From an uncultured Candidatus Saccharibacteria bacterium (lineage in GTDB: Bacteria > Patescibacteriota > Minisyncoccia > Phycocordibacterales > UBA5272), in NCBI GenBank assembly GCA_964464695.1, contig CAYXKW010000005.1:8677-72676 (forward strand): a DNA stretch of 64,000 bases. The letters run 5' to 3'. Made by a program: the position numbers and the translations under genes. Positions 48,838 through 59,052 of the stretch are shown here, in pieces (the stretch's first letter is position 1; every line of letters starts with the position of its first letter). The notes beneath the pieces were generated by a model. The model was not told where the DNA came from, did no database searches, and was given only the letters and a program-made list of their open reading frames with translations.

Positions 48838-49905
48838 ATGAAAAAAATTAAAGTTGCTTACTGTAAATATAAACATACTGATCATACGACTCCAACTACC
48901 TGGAACTTTTATATTCACAATATTTTACAAAAATATTACGCTGTAGAAATATCAGAAAACCCGGACTATGTTTTTTACCATGAGTCAACGTATGAATACC
49001 TAAAATATGATTGTGTTAGAATTTTTTATACAGCAGAAAATGTCAGCCCAAACTTTAACCTGTGTGATTATGCAATTGCCAATGACTGGCTTACTTTTGG
49101 TGACAGATACCACCGACTATCTTCGTTTCTAATTGCAACTTTCTACTCAGACAAGGACTTAGAGCTTTTAAAAGATGTTGACATTACTAAGCCAAAGCAA
49201 TTTACTTTAGAAGACTTAGCAAAAAAGAAAGATTTTTGCAGTTTTGTATATTCAAACTACAATGCTGATGAAAGACGGAAAGAACTTCTGGATACAATCA
49301 ATACATACAAGAAAGTTAACTCGGGCGGCAAATATTTAAACAATATTGGAGGACCAACAGACAGTAAGCTTGGCTTTGAGATGGGTCACAAGTTCTCGAT
49401 GGCAATCGAGAACTCATGTAGAGACGGCTATACGACCGACAGAATTGTTTGTGGGTTTATGGCAAACACTATCCCCATTTATTGGGGGAATCCGCTAATA
49501 GGTAAAGAATTTAACACTAAGCGTTTTATTAATTGCCATGATTTTAATTCTTTTGAGGAAGTATTGGCACGTATCAAAGAAATTGACACTAATGATGAAC
49601 TATTTTTACAAATTATGAACGAACCTCTTTTTGCTGATGGGTATTCCTTCGATATCGCAAATGAAGGTATTGAAGCATTTTTAAAAAATATAATAGATCA
49701 ACCTCTAGAGAAAGCCCCTAGACGTACTATTAATCAAGCTAGAGCAAAAGAAATGGAAGAAAATGAATTCCTTATATCTAAATATATTATTCTAAAATCA
49801 ACAATCAAGAAAATATTGGCAACAATGTACAAGCCTTTTAAGAAGATTAAATTTATTGAAAATTTTAAACAAGAATATTTCAGAAAAAGAATACTGAAAA
49901 AATAA
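48838..49905 (+). CDS. glycosyltransferase family 10 (alpha-1,3-fucosyltransferase-like)
   Basis: FCSFVYSN, SGG..LNNIG, KFSMAIENS..DGY.T.R, IPIYWG. Confidence 0.9.
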   Translation: MKKIKVAYCKYKHTDHTTPTTWNFYIHNILQKYYAVEISENPDYVFYHESTYEYLKYDCVRIFYTAENVSPNFNLCDYAIANDWLTFGDRYHRLSSFLIATFYSDKDLELLKDVDITKPKQFTLEDLAKKKDFCSFVYSNYNADERRKELLDTINTYKKVNSGGKYLNNIGGPTDSKLGFEMGHKFSMAIENSCRDGYTTDRIVCGFMANTIPIYWGNPLIGKEFNTKRFINCHDFNSFEEVLARIKEIDTNDELFLQIMNEPLFADGYSFDIANEGIEAFLKNIIDQPLEKAPRRTINQARAKEMEENEFLISKYIILKSTIKKILATMYKPFKKIKFIENFKQEYFRKRILKK

Positions 49906-49907
49906 GA

Positions 49908-50912
49908 TTAGTTATTTTTTAATTGTTGAAGTTTTTCTTTGAGAAATTTTCTAAACCTTAAATCATAAATTGATAAGATATACGCAACAATAAATATACT
50001 ACTTGCGATAAAAATTGAAAACACTGTAATTGTTCCATATGAGCCTGTGTGCTGAGAAATGATCGTACTCCCTATCTTCCAATGTAGTAAATAGAGTGGG
50101 TAGGTTATGCCTCCTAAAATAAAAGCGATTTTAGCGAAATGTTTGTTCTTGGCAAAATCAAACTTAGATAAGAAAACTCCTAAGAACATTATTGTAAATA
50201 AAGCCTGCACAATAACAAGTTCTCCATGGTCGAAACTACCTGTAAAATTAGTGATTGTCTCCTTTTGTCCTTGTAACTTATCGCTAATATACATTGGCAT
50301 CATCCAAGAACCAACAAGAATAGCACTATAAGCTAGTCTACTTCTTACAGTAGAGGTTTCCCATTTATCAACAATAAGTGCAAGTATGCCTCCAAAAATA
50401 AAGTATGGGGCAAATCGTACACTGAGTAGCTTAAAGAACATAACTTGGTCTAGCTGGAAATAAAAACTAAAAAAGGAAACGGCAAGCCAGAGTGCATAAA
50501 ACCAGGCAATATACTTTTTTGAAAATAACCACACAAAAACACCAATATAAAAATAGAAAAGTAGTTCAAATGTTAGCGTCCAATATGAGCCGTCAATCAT
50601 AATTTCCATATGACCATTATTAAACATAAGTAGCCCTAGTAAAAAGTGTTTAAAAGATATGCTCGTATTATAAAAAATAGTCACAAGAAACGTAATAGAT
50701 GCACAGACCCAAAATATTGGATACAGTCGAATGAATCTACCGATGATATACTCCTTAATTCCCTTGTCTAAGCTAAAATAAATCACAAAACCAGATATCA
50801 TAAAGAAAAGATATATTCCGAGTCTACCGTAGTGGAATAAGAAGGTGTGGTGAAAAAAAACGGCCATTGCCGAAAAAAAACGCAAGAGGTCTAATATTGT
50901 GAAATACATCAT
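49908..50912 (-). CDS. acyltransferase family 3 (O-acetyltransferase)
   Basis: LDLLR, FFMISGFVI, RFIRLYP, WTL.FE, TYPLYL.H. Confidence 0.9.
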   Translation of the reverse strand: MMYFTILDLLRFFSAMAVFFHHTFLFHYGRLGIYLFFMISGFVIYFSLDKGIKEYIIGRFIRLYPIFWVCASITFLVTIFYNTSISFKHFLLGLLMFNNGHMEIMIDGSYWTLTFELLFYFYIGVFVWLFSKKYIAWFYALWLAVSFFSFYFQLDQVMFFKLLSVRFAPYFIFGGILALIVDKWETSTVRSRLAYSAILVGSWMMPMYISDKLQGQKETITNFTGSFDHGELVIVQALFTIMFLGVFLSKFDFAKNKHFAKIAFILGGITYPLYLLHWKIGSTIISQHTGSYGTITVFSIFIASSIFIVAYILSIYDLRFRKFLKEKLQQLKNN

Positions 50913-50918
50913 TTTTGG

Positions 50919-52295
50919 TCACCCAACTCTACCATATTCATCATCAAAACGCATAATATCGTCCTCTCCAAGATATGAACCTGTCTGGACTTCGATAATC
51001 TCGAGCACCCCCTCTCCTTTGTTTTCTAAACGATGTTTTGTACCGGCAGGTATGTATGAACTTTCATTTTCCTCAAGCAACAAAAAGGAGTCCCCGTGGG
51101 TTACTCCCGCTTTACCTTTTACCACAACCCAATGCTCAGACCTTTTTTCATGTGACTGAAGCGAAAGCCTGCCATTTTTATATACAGTAATTTTTTTTAC
51201 TTTATGGTTAGGTTCATCCACCAAAACCTCATATTTACCCCAAGGACGATACCCTAACAAATTGTGGTCAACTTCTGCCATATGCATCTCCTTCATCTTT
51301 TCAACAATTTTCTTCACATCTTCTCCAGTTCCTCTTTTTTTAATAAGAAGACCATCAGGAGTATCAATAATATTGAGATCATTCACACCAATAGTTGCTA
51401 CAATTTTATTAGCAGTACTATGAATAAAAATGTTACTTGAATTTAAACTAACGTGCTTCTTGTTTACTTTATTTTGATGCAACTCAGCCAGACTATCAAA
51501 CGAACCTATATCATTCCAACCAAAATTGCCCTCATAAACAACTACATTATTAGACTTTTCTGATATAGCATAATCAATTGAAATAGACGGCATCTTTGCA
51601 AAATTAAACATAAACTCATCCATTGTTTTCTCAAAGTGTTTATAAATATCTGGTGCATGTGTCTTCATTTCTTGAACAAATGATGCCAATGAAAATAAAT
51701 ACATCCCTGAATTCCAAGTGTATTCCCCAGAAGCAATGTATTTATTTGCAGTTTCTTCGTTTGGTTTCTCTTTAAATTCATCAACCTTATAATACGTAGT
51801 GAGGAGCCCCCCTTTCCTAATATAACCATACCCAGTTTCAGCTTTAGTTGGAGTTATTCCGATTGTCCCAATAAAAGAATGTATGTTCTGTGTAAAATCT
51901 TTTACGATTGCACTAAATCCAGAAACATCTTCTATGTAGTGATCCGATGGAGCAATAAGTATACACGTATCCTGTGGAACCTTTTTAACATCAAGTAGAT
52001 GTTTTACTGCAAAGGTAATTGCTGGGGCAGTATTTAAAGAAGCTGGTTCAATAAGAATTTGGTTAGCATTAAAATCCTTATCAACTTCTTGAAGTTGATG
52101 AAGAACATTATAATAACCTTCTTTATTAGTAACTACAAAAATATGAGAAGTTGGCATCAACCCCTTCATTCTAAAAAAGGTTTCTTGAATCAAAGAATGT
52201 TCACCATACAAATTTAAAAATTGTTTTGGGTAACTTTTCCTGGAAACTGGCCACAGCCTGGTACCTGCTCCTCCGCAAAGAATTACTGAATACAT
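50919..52295 (-). CDS. manC: mannose-1-phosphate guanylyltransferase/mannose-6-phosphate isomerase
   Basis: GGAGTRLWP.SR...PKQF, TGYGYI, WNSG, RPWG, SLQSH..RSEHW cupin. Confidence 0.95.
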   Translation of the reverse strand: MYSVILCGGAGTRLWPVSRKSYPKQFLNLYGEHSLIQETFFRMKGLMPTSHIFVVTNKEGYYNVLHQLQEVDKDFNANQILIEPASLNTAPAITFAVKHLLDVKKVPQDTCILIAPSDHYIEDVSGFSAIVKDFTQNIHSFIGTIGITPTKAETGYGYIRKGGLLTTYYKVDEFKEKPNEETANKYIASGEYTWNSGMYLFSLASFVQEMKTHAPDIYKHFEKTMDEFMFNFAKMPSISIDYAISEKSNNVVVYEGNFGWNDIGSFDSLAELHQNKVNKKHVSLNSSNIFIHSTANKIVATIGVNDLNIIDTPDGLLIKKRGTGEDVKKIVEKMKEMHMAEVDHNLLGYRPWGKYEVLVDEPNHKVKKITVYKNGRLSLQSHEKRSEHWVVVKGKAGVTHGDSFLLLEENESSYIPAGTKHRLENKGEGVLEIIEVQTGSYLGEDDIMRFDDEYGRVG

Positions 52296-52343
52296 TTCAG
52301 CATTATACCATAAATGACCCTATTTATTTTTAGCCAAATCAAA

Positions 52344-53150
52344 CTATATTCTTACCCATCCGTCAAATTCTACGTCTTCATTTGGAGCTTTCCACCATGG
52401 CGAAGCGTACCATTTTTTAAGTGCGACAATTTTCTTATTTGAATTAGTTGAGAGCCACGCGCCCCACCATGAGTACGTACTGTTTGCAATGATAAAATTT
52501 TGACCAAGTGTCATAAGCATCAACTCCTCATAATCTGTAAAGCCTTGACCGCTTACCATGGACATTGGTCTATTTATTGCATTTTCTAACCATTCTTTGT
52601 TATCTGAAAATCCAAATATTTCACAGTCTTCATCAAAATGAGTTAAGGCTTCTTTGTAGTATGGTTCCTCAATCCTTGTGAATGTTTTATTCAAGATATG
52701 GTCAGTGCGCCTCGCATGAATCATAAGTGGTTTGTTTGCCTGAAGAATTCTTTGTTCCCATTCTTTGTACTTGTCACTTTTTTCTCGGAGAGTTACTTCT
52801 TTTAGAATAATTTCTCTTATTTTTTTAAAATATTTTTCTGAGACAAAATAACCATCTGCATAATAATTATCTTTTTGTAGATTTACTGCCACATAACGAA
52901 CACGTCTTGTCACGTCAATTTTATTGATAATACGAGTTAGTAATTTCTGCTTTGGATATTGTTGTACAGTTCTAATTGAATCACTAATTAAAAATCTATC
53001 GAGAAGATACTCACGTTTTGTGTATTTTGTATTCACTTCAAAAAAACTTGTATCGAAAACTACATCCTTCCCTTCCTCCATAAGAGCTCTACCGTATGCA
53101 TATTGAAACAACTGGTTTCCTAAACCTCCTTGAATAGCTACTGTAATCAT
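52344..53150 (-). CDS. glycosyltransferase family 11 (alpha-1,2-fucosyltransferase-like)
   Basis: GGLGNQLFQYA, HARRTD, IANSTYSWWGAWL. Confidence 0.92.
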   Translation of the reverse strand: MITVAIQGGLGNQLFQYAYGRALMEEGKDVVFDTSFFEVNTKYTKREYLLDRFLISDSIRTVQQYPKQKLLTRIINKIDVTRRVRYVAVNLQKDNYYADGYFVSEKYFKKIREIILKEVTLREKSDKYKEWEQRILQANKPLMIHARRTDHILNKTFTRIEEPYYKEALTHFDEDCEIFGFSDNKEWLENAINRPMSMVSGQGFTDYEELMLMTLGQNFIIANSTYSWWGAWLSTNSNKKIVALKKWYASPWWKAPNEDVEFDGWVRI

Positions 53151-53219
53151 AATTAATCAAGTATACCAATAAGTTACGCTTGAAGTGAAGCTGCCTTTGG
53201 TACTACAAGGCAAACATGG

Positions 53220-54554
53220 CTATCTGATAAAGAAAGATCTGAAAAATGCTACTAACCGCGTATCTTTTTGGGGATTTTTTACAAGCAAAGAAGAAGTACT
53301 TTTACTTATGCTTACTACTTTACTAATACCAGTTGGAGTAGCTGTTTGGACTTTCTTTTGAATGTTTACTTGTGTGGTTGCCACTTTTTTAATCTGATTA
53401 AGTGATACATTTTCAGGTATTTTTTGTATTTGATGTATTGGAGTAGTTGAAGCACTTGTCTGAGATAGTCGTAGCACTTCTTCCATATTTTGAAAGAGAA
53501 GTTTAATGAGTGTGCTTGATGAAATTGTTGTGCTTGCAAAACCTAAAGCAGATCCTGGGAAACGTGTCACACCTTGCGCAAGAAGAGTGTTTTTTGGAAA
53601 AGTAAATAATGCACCATCTACTGACAACCGCCACAAAGAAAGATCCAGGTCATACGTATTTGGATTTGTAATATCGACATACGGACCATACTTGCCCATG
53701 GCTATTGGGGTGATAGAAATGTCTGGCGGCACCACCGTAACAATTATCCTACCCGTTCCTGCAATAAGCCCATTTGTTCCTTCAACTTGAGCAATATACC
53801 TGCCTGGATATAAGTACCTATACACTGTTGAACTTCCTGTACTCTGTCCACCGTCACCAAATGCCCATGTGTACACCATATTACTTATTGCGCTTCCTGC
53901 TCGAGTTGTGCTGTACACAGAAAATGTAGACGGGGCACCTGCGACTACCACTTTTTCTTGTGGTAAAAATAAAGTAATGTCCGCGAGTGGCGGTGACGTC
54001 TGCGCGATAGTTGTTTGGTTGCCAGTTTGAGTAGTTGTTGTTGGTGTAGTATCCTCTGATACGAGAGCTTTATTTTCTTCTCCTGGAGTTGGTGCTCCAC
54101 TACTAAAAGATCCGTTTATCAAAGAGTATGTTTGTCCTTCTTTTGCAGCAGTGTATGAAGAAATGGTATCCGCAACAACTCCTGCTAGTTTAATTTCAAT
54201 TGAAGTAACTCCGGTATTTACTAAACTAACAGAACTCTTTACAAGAACTCCTGCGTACGTTGGGTAATCTTGAGTAAATCGCGTACTACCACTCACTATA
54301 GAAGCAATGACACCATACATATGTGGACCGAGTGTAGTCCCTCCTGACACAGGAGTAGCTACAACAAAATTCCCTCCCTTAATGGAAATAGTGAGCGATG
54401 AAATATCTACATCGCTTTCAGAATTGTTATACACCTCTATCCATTCTCGTCCACTGTCATCCCCTATTGGGTTAGACATTATTTCACTAATAACAAGAGC
54501 CTGTACACTTACAATCGAACTTACAAAAATAAGAAATAGTAGTGACAGTTTCAT
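53220..54554 (-). CDS. secreted lamin-tail and PKD domain protein
   Basis: Signal peptide, ISEIMSNP.G.D...EWIEVYN, PTPG, WAFGDG, Y.YPG.Y. Confidence 0.8.
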   Translation of the reverse strand: MKLSLLFLIFVSSIVSVQALVISEIMSNPIGDDSGREWIEVYNNSESDVDISSLTISIKGGNFVVATPVSGGTTLGPHMYGVIASIVSGSTRFTQDYPTYAGVLVKSSVSLVNTGVTSIEIKLAGVVADTISSYTAAKEGQTYSLINGSFSSGAPTPGEENKALVSEDTTPTTTTQTGNQTTIAQTSPPLADITLFLPQEKVVVAGAPSTFSVYSTTRAGSAISNMVYTWAFGDGGQSTGSSTVYRYLYPGRYIAQVEGTNGLIAGTGRIIVTVVPPDISITPIAMGKYGPYVDITNPNTYDLDLSLWRLSVDGALFTFPKNTLLAQGVTRFPGSALGFASTTISSSTLIKLLFQNMEEVLRLSQTSASTTPIHQIQKIPENVSLNQIKKVATTQVNIQKKVQTATPTGISKVVSISKSTSSLLVKNPQKDTRLVAFFRSFFIR

Positions 54555-54559
54555 GATAA

Positions 54560-56548
54560 TTAATCTTCTATTAACTTCCGAAGAATTTCTTCATCAATCT
54601 CCTTTCTAATTTTTAATTCAATTTTCTTGTTGTATCCTTCATCTTCATCGTCTCGCCTGTTTATCATTCTTCCTTCAGATATTCTCTTAGTTTGGGATTC
54701 TTCGGCTTGAGCAACCCTTTTATCTGTTAGTTGGGTTGTCTCTGACTTATGTTCATTCATTGCTTTTGCAAGTGCGTCTTTTAATGATAACGCTGGTTTG
54801 TCATCAAAGGTTGGAGTGGAAATATTTTTAAGCGGACTTTCATACCGAGGTGTCTCTGGTTGATATTGTTTTTTCTGAGCTTGTGGAGGGCGATGAAATT
54901 GTTCTTCTATTTTTCTATTTTCAACGTATGACTCTTGTTTAGTAAACTCTTTCTTAGGCTCCTCTTCACGTCGTGGTGCGATAGCACGCGGAGGAAGTGG
55001 CGTGGTATCGGTAATTTTCCTAACACGAAGGTCACGCCCTTCTCGAGCGACCACTTCTTCTTGTTTTAGCTCAGATCTTTGCTCAATTTTCTGGTCTTGT
55101 ACTTGCTCTTGTTTTTGGTAGACCGTTTTATTATTGTAATTAGTTGTTTGAGTTTTTGGCTGATATGGCTCCCTTTTTCTTTCCTGATAATCCTGTGGTT
55201 GCGTACGTACCGGCGCATCGTACGGTTTATCTTTTGGTTTTTCTACAAACTCTTTTTTAACTGGTGTGTAAAATTCAATAACTTCATTCTCTACATCAAA
55301 TCGTGGACGACCATAGGTTGTACGAGTGTACGCAATAACAGCCTGAGCAAATGAACTAGCTGGTTGCTGAATTGGATCAAGTGTTTTTGCTGAAAATGGC
55401 GCAGACCCAACTCCGTCGATCATGAGACGCAAATATATTTGATGTGCTGAAAGATTTACGATGTCATCCATGGTAAAGGTTGGCGCAAATTCTTTCTCAA
55501 AAATCTCAGCATCAGTTGCTCCAACTCGAAAGACAACCATAGTCCCAACGTTACCAAACACCGCAGCCTTTACCTCGTCTTCCATTTGCTCCACATACTG
55601 ATGAGCTACCGTGAGTGCAAGATTATACTTACGAGCTTCTGATAAAATTGAAGCAAACGACTCATTCGCAAAGTTTTGAAACTCATCCACATAAAAATAA
55701 AAAGGTGGCAATTTCTCTAGTTCGTATGGCCCAGCATCAGCACGTGACATGGCAGCTAAATAAATTTTAGTAACTAGAAGTGATCCAATAAGGTTTGCAT
55801 TCCCCTCTCCTACTTTTCCTTTTGAAAGATTCACAATCAGAATCTTTTTTTCATCCATCAGTTTCCTGATATCAAAAGAGGTTTTTTTCTGACCAATAAT
55901 ATTTCTAATAAGCGGGTTTGCAACGAACTGCCCGACCTTGTTTTGGATTGCAGGAGCTGCTTCTGCTGCGAATTTATCTGTATAGTTTGCATACTCTTTC
56001 TCCCAAAAATCTTTGACTGTTGGATCGGTAACATTTGAGACAATAAACTTTCGGTAATCTTTATCTATCAACATGCGATTAACACCAAGTAGTGATTGGC
56101 CTTCGTTTTCAAGCAACGCCAAAATAATATTGTTAAGAATATACTCCATACGTGAAGAGAATTGATCCTTAAACAACTTTTTAAACGCAGCCATGACACC
56201 GTTTGCAACAAGGTATCGCTTATCAGACTCAACCTTTTCCAACACATTTAGTCCAATTGGATGTTCACCGTCAAATGGAGCAAAATATACTACGTCTTTT
56301 ATACGTGATTCTGGAATATGGTCCAGTAACTTTTCTGCCATAGAACCGTGTGGATCAAGAACACAAAGACCTTCACCATTATTAATGTCTTGGATAGCTA
56401 AGTTTTCCAAAAACGTAGACTTTCCCATACCTGTTTTACCAATAACATAGGTATGTCGTGTTCTGTCTCGCTCTTTGATTCCAAACTTTAGTTCTTTGTT
56501 TCGAAAATCGACCTTGCCGATATAGGTTACTCTCTGATGTTCACTCAT
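54560..56548 (-). CDS. VirD4/TraD-like coupling ATPase with a long low-complexity C-terminus
   Basis: GKTGMGKS, LDPHG, YVDEFQ, SEARKY, AHQY. Confidence 0.88.
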   Translation of the reverse strand: MSEHQRVTYIGKVDFRNKELKFGIKERDRTRHTYVIGKTGMGKSTFLENLAIQDINNGEGLCVLDPHGSMAEKLLDHIPESRIKDVVYFAPFDGEHPIGLNVLEKVESDKRYLVANGVMAAFKKLFKDQFSSRMEYILNNIILALLENEGQSLLGVNRMLIDKDYRKFIVSNVTDPTVKDFWEKEYANYTDKFAAEAAPAIQNKVGQFVANPLIRNIIGQKKTSFDIRKLMDEKKILIVNLSKGKVGEGNANLIGSLLVTKIYLAAMSRADAGPYELEKLPPFYFYVDEFQNFANESFASILSEARKYNLALTVAHQYVEQMEDEVKAAVFGNVGTMVVFRVGATDAEIFEKEFAPTFTMDDIVNLSAHQIYLRLMIDGVGSAPFSAKTLDPIQQPASSFAQAVIAYTRTTYGRPRFDVENEVIEFYTPVKKEFVEKPKDKPYDAPVRTQPQDYQERKREPYQPKTQTTNYNNKTVYQKQEQVQDQKIEQRSELKQEEVVAREGRDLRVRKITDTTPLPPRAIAPRREEEPKKEFTKQESYVENRKIEEQFHRPPQAQKKQYQPETPRYESPLKNISTPTFDDKPALSLKDALAKAMNEHKSETTQLTDKRVAQAEESQTKRISEGRMINRRDDEDEGYNKKIELKIRKEIDEEILRKLIED

Positions 56549-56675
56549 ACCTCCTAGTATACCTACAGGAAGAGTTAGTTACTAGTTGATAGGCTTTTAT
56601 GTACTCCCTCTATCGTGTGCGAGTACTTAATAAATACGTAGAATTTAGTTGGCTGCAGAATAATCAAAAATTATT

Positions 56676-56888
56676 TTATGCGTTCACAATGTGGTGAGGT
56701 GATGGCTTACTCTCAGTTTCTTGGTGATGCTCACTGTGTACAACCTTCTTTCTAAGATCAAGGGTGCTGATAAATAATAGTACTCCTGCAAAAATAAAAA
56801 CAACTTCTTTAAAAACGCTAGGAATAAAAATCCAAGGAGACAAAATAAGAAGAACCGCAACTGAGCGTTTAATTCCAAGTGGTGACAT
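56676..56888 (-). CDS. small membrane protein
   Basis: Two hydrophobic segments; TATACT 9 nt upstream of the ATG. Confidence 0.5.
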   Translation of the reverse strand: MSPLGIKRSVAVLLILSPWIFIPSVFKEVVFIFAGVLLFISTLDLRKKVVHSEHHQETESKPSPHHIVNA

Positions 56889-56970
56889 AATGAAAACAGT
56901 ATACAGGAATAGACGCTTCGAGACAATCGCACTTTTTTGGTGTTTTTTTCAGTGAGGTATACTACTACAA

Positions 56971-57723
56971 ATGGAACAAGTAGGCACAAAACTAGAAACG
57001 AGACTAAAAAAAGTATTCGTAGGTATCTGCCTTTTGTACGCAATTATTACACATTTCTTAGTAGCTCTACATCTCTCGAATCAGAGTTTTCCTGTTGGTG
57101 TAGCGGTAATTACTATGGCACTAACCCTCATTCTTACATGGGTGTTTATCGGTGGAATCCTTCAACTGCAATTCTTACAAAAATACCACAGGCAATTAAC
57201 AACTCCAACAACCTCACCTGTTCTATATTTTACCCTCTTTGCAACAGCGCTTGCTTGTCTTGAGGAAATTATCACAGTCTCTATCACTAATCTTGCTCCA
57301 CTTTACGGTGTAAAAGTTGGAGAAGCGTACATCACTGCCTCCACTAATTACTTTGATGTCATTTTTCTACATAGCGTTATAGTTTTTGTGCCAATGATTA
57401 TTACACTTGGCTTAATATTAAAGCGATATGAAATTTCTCCATTCAAAGCCCTGCTTATGTGGGGTACTGTTGGGGTTATTGGAGAGGCTTCATTTGGCGG
57501 AACACAGGCATTCCTAACAGCCCCGAGTTGGATATTTATTTATGGACTAATGGTTTATGTCCCATCGTATATTTTTATTAACACCACCAGAAAAAAACCT
57601 TCTATTTTTTTATACCCATTTTTTATTGTAATAATTCTTGTCTCAGCAATTAGTGTCGTTTGGATTCCTCAAGTACTAAACCATCCAAGCATACACTTTC
57701 AACCAATCACGCTAACACAATAA
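56971..57723 (+). CDS. multi-pass membrane protein of unknown function
   Basis: 250-aa ORF with about 7 TMs. Confidence 0.75.
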   Translation: MEQVGTKLETRLKKVFVGICLLYAIITHFLVALHLSNQSFPVGVAVITMALTLILTWVFIGGILQLQFLQKYHRQLTTPTTSPVLYFTLFATALACLEEIITVSITNLAPLYGVKVGEAYITASTNYFDVIFLHSVIVFVPMIITLGLILKRYEISPFKALLMWGTVGVIGEASFGGTQAFLTAPSWIFIYGLMVYVPSYIFINTTRKKPSIFLYPFFIVIILVSAISVVWIPQVLNHPSIHFQPITLTQ

Positions 57724-57749
57724 GCTACTGAGTTTTACACTACAGAAAT

Positions 57750-58457
57750 TTATTTACCGGAGACAATAACAACAAATTCTCCGCGGACTTTATCTTTATG
57801 TTGTGTAAAATAATCTTGAACTTCTTTTGCAGTGCCACGGACGACTTCTTCGTGTAACTTAGTAAGCTCTCTCGCGACGACCACAAGTCTAGGCGCTTCT
57901 GTAGACAAAGGTAAAAGGCTGACAGTTAATGCCTGTAAAGTCTTTTCTATTCGATGGACTGATTCATAAAAAACTGACGTGTGATTACTTTCTGCAATAG
58001 TTGTAAAAAGTGTCTCTCTTCCCTTTTTGTGTGGCATGAACCCGTAAAACGTAAACATCGAGGATGTAATACCAGAAGCTGAAAGTGCTGTGGATAATGC
58101 TGACGCACCAGGTAACGCAATAACATTCACATCTGGTAATTCCTTTCGGACTTTATCTACTAAAAGCACTCCAGGGTCGGAGATGGTTGGTGTGCCTGCA
58201 TCTGATACAAGAGCGAGTGACTTCCCTTCTTCTAAAAGACTCATTATTTTCTCAATATTTTTTATGCCAGTTTGTGCATAAAAAACAGTAGTCTTAGTCG
58301 TAATGTCATACTCTTTAAAAAGTCTTTGAGTAACAGACGTGTCCTCACACAAGACAAGATCTACTTCTTTAAGAATACGAACAGCTCGAAGCGTCATGTC
58401 TTCGAGGTTCCCGATTGGAGTTGGTACGATATATAATTTTCCAAATGTTTCTTCCAT
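57750..58457 (-). CDS. rsmI: 16S rRNA (cytidine1402-2'-O)-methyltransferase
   Basis: LYIVPTPIGNLED, CEDT, SDAGTP.ISDPG, FYES.HR, ARELTKLHEE. Confidence 0.96.
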   Translation of the reverse strand: MEETFGKLYIVPTPIGNLEDMTLRAVRILKEVDLVLCEDTSVTQRLFKEYDITTKTTVFYAQTGIKNIEKIMSLLEEGKSLALVSDAGTPTISDPGVLLVDKVRKELPDVNVIALPGASALSTALSASGITSSMFTFYGFMPHKKGRETLFTTIAESNHTSVFYESVHRIEKTLQALTVSLLPLSTEAPRLVVVARELTKLHEEVVRGTAKEVQDYFTQHKDKVRGEFVVIVSGK

Positions 58458-58526
58458 CTGTGTATCCTAGCAATAATTAGGTAAATAAAAAAGCGACACA
58501 TCATGTGCCGCTTCAGAAACGGAAAT

Positions 58527-58925
58527 TTAATGAACAAATTTACAAGGTTTGCCACGTTTAGTGCGTACGATATTCCCAAAAGCGTTAATAACGTACATAG
58601 GCAATAAAAAACCTTGTCTATATTGTTCGCAAACAACTAACCAGAAAAATATTCCTCTCAGATCTATTACTTTCACAATTGAAAATCTCAACCCTTCAGA
58701 ACTTGTACGGAAAAGAAACTTTTGCTTTGGAACAAAGAAGTCAATAACCTTTTTACCTTTTCGACAGTGTACTGGTGAAATATCGCGTTTATCTGCATGA
58801 TGCACTAATGTTTGAAAATTTGGACATTCACCAAAAAAGCTCACGGCTAATTTTTCAACCACCCGAAACTCAAAACTCCTTCGCTTTAAAGCTGCCTCAC
58901 TTGAGTGGTGTTTAAATTCATACAT
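58527..58925 (-). CDS. hypothetical basic protein
   Basis: 132-aa ORF with AAGGAG 6 nt upstream of the ATG. Confidence 0.55.
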   Translation of the reverse strand: MYEFKHHSSEAALKRRSFEFRVVEKLAVSFFGECPNFQTLVHHADKRDISPVHCRKGKKVIDFFVPKQKFLFRTSSEGLRFSIVKVIDLRGIFFWLVVCEQYRQGFLLPMYVINAFGNIVRTKRGKPCKFVH

Positions 58926-59052
58926 CTCTATCTCCTTCTGACTTGCATTTTTAAAAGAAAATTCGCACGTGAAATTTCATGTGCGATACATTATATATTA
59001 TACCATAAAATACTAAACTAAGCAACTTCTACTTGCACGGCACATATTTCAT

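Noticed and set aside
54560-56548. conjugative element
   Set aside because: No relaxase or other T4SS genes; such coupling-like ATPases are common chromosomal genes in CPR
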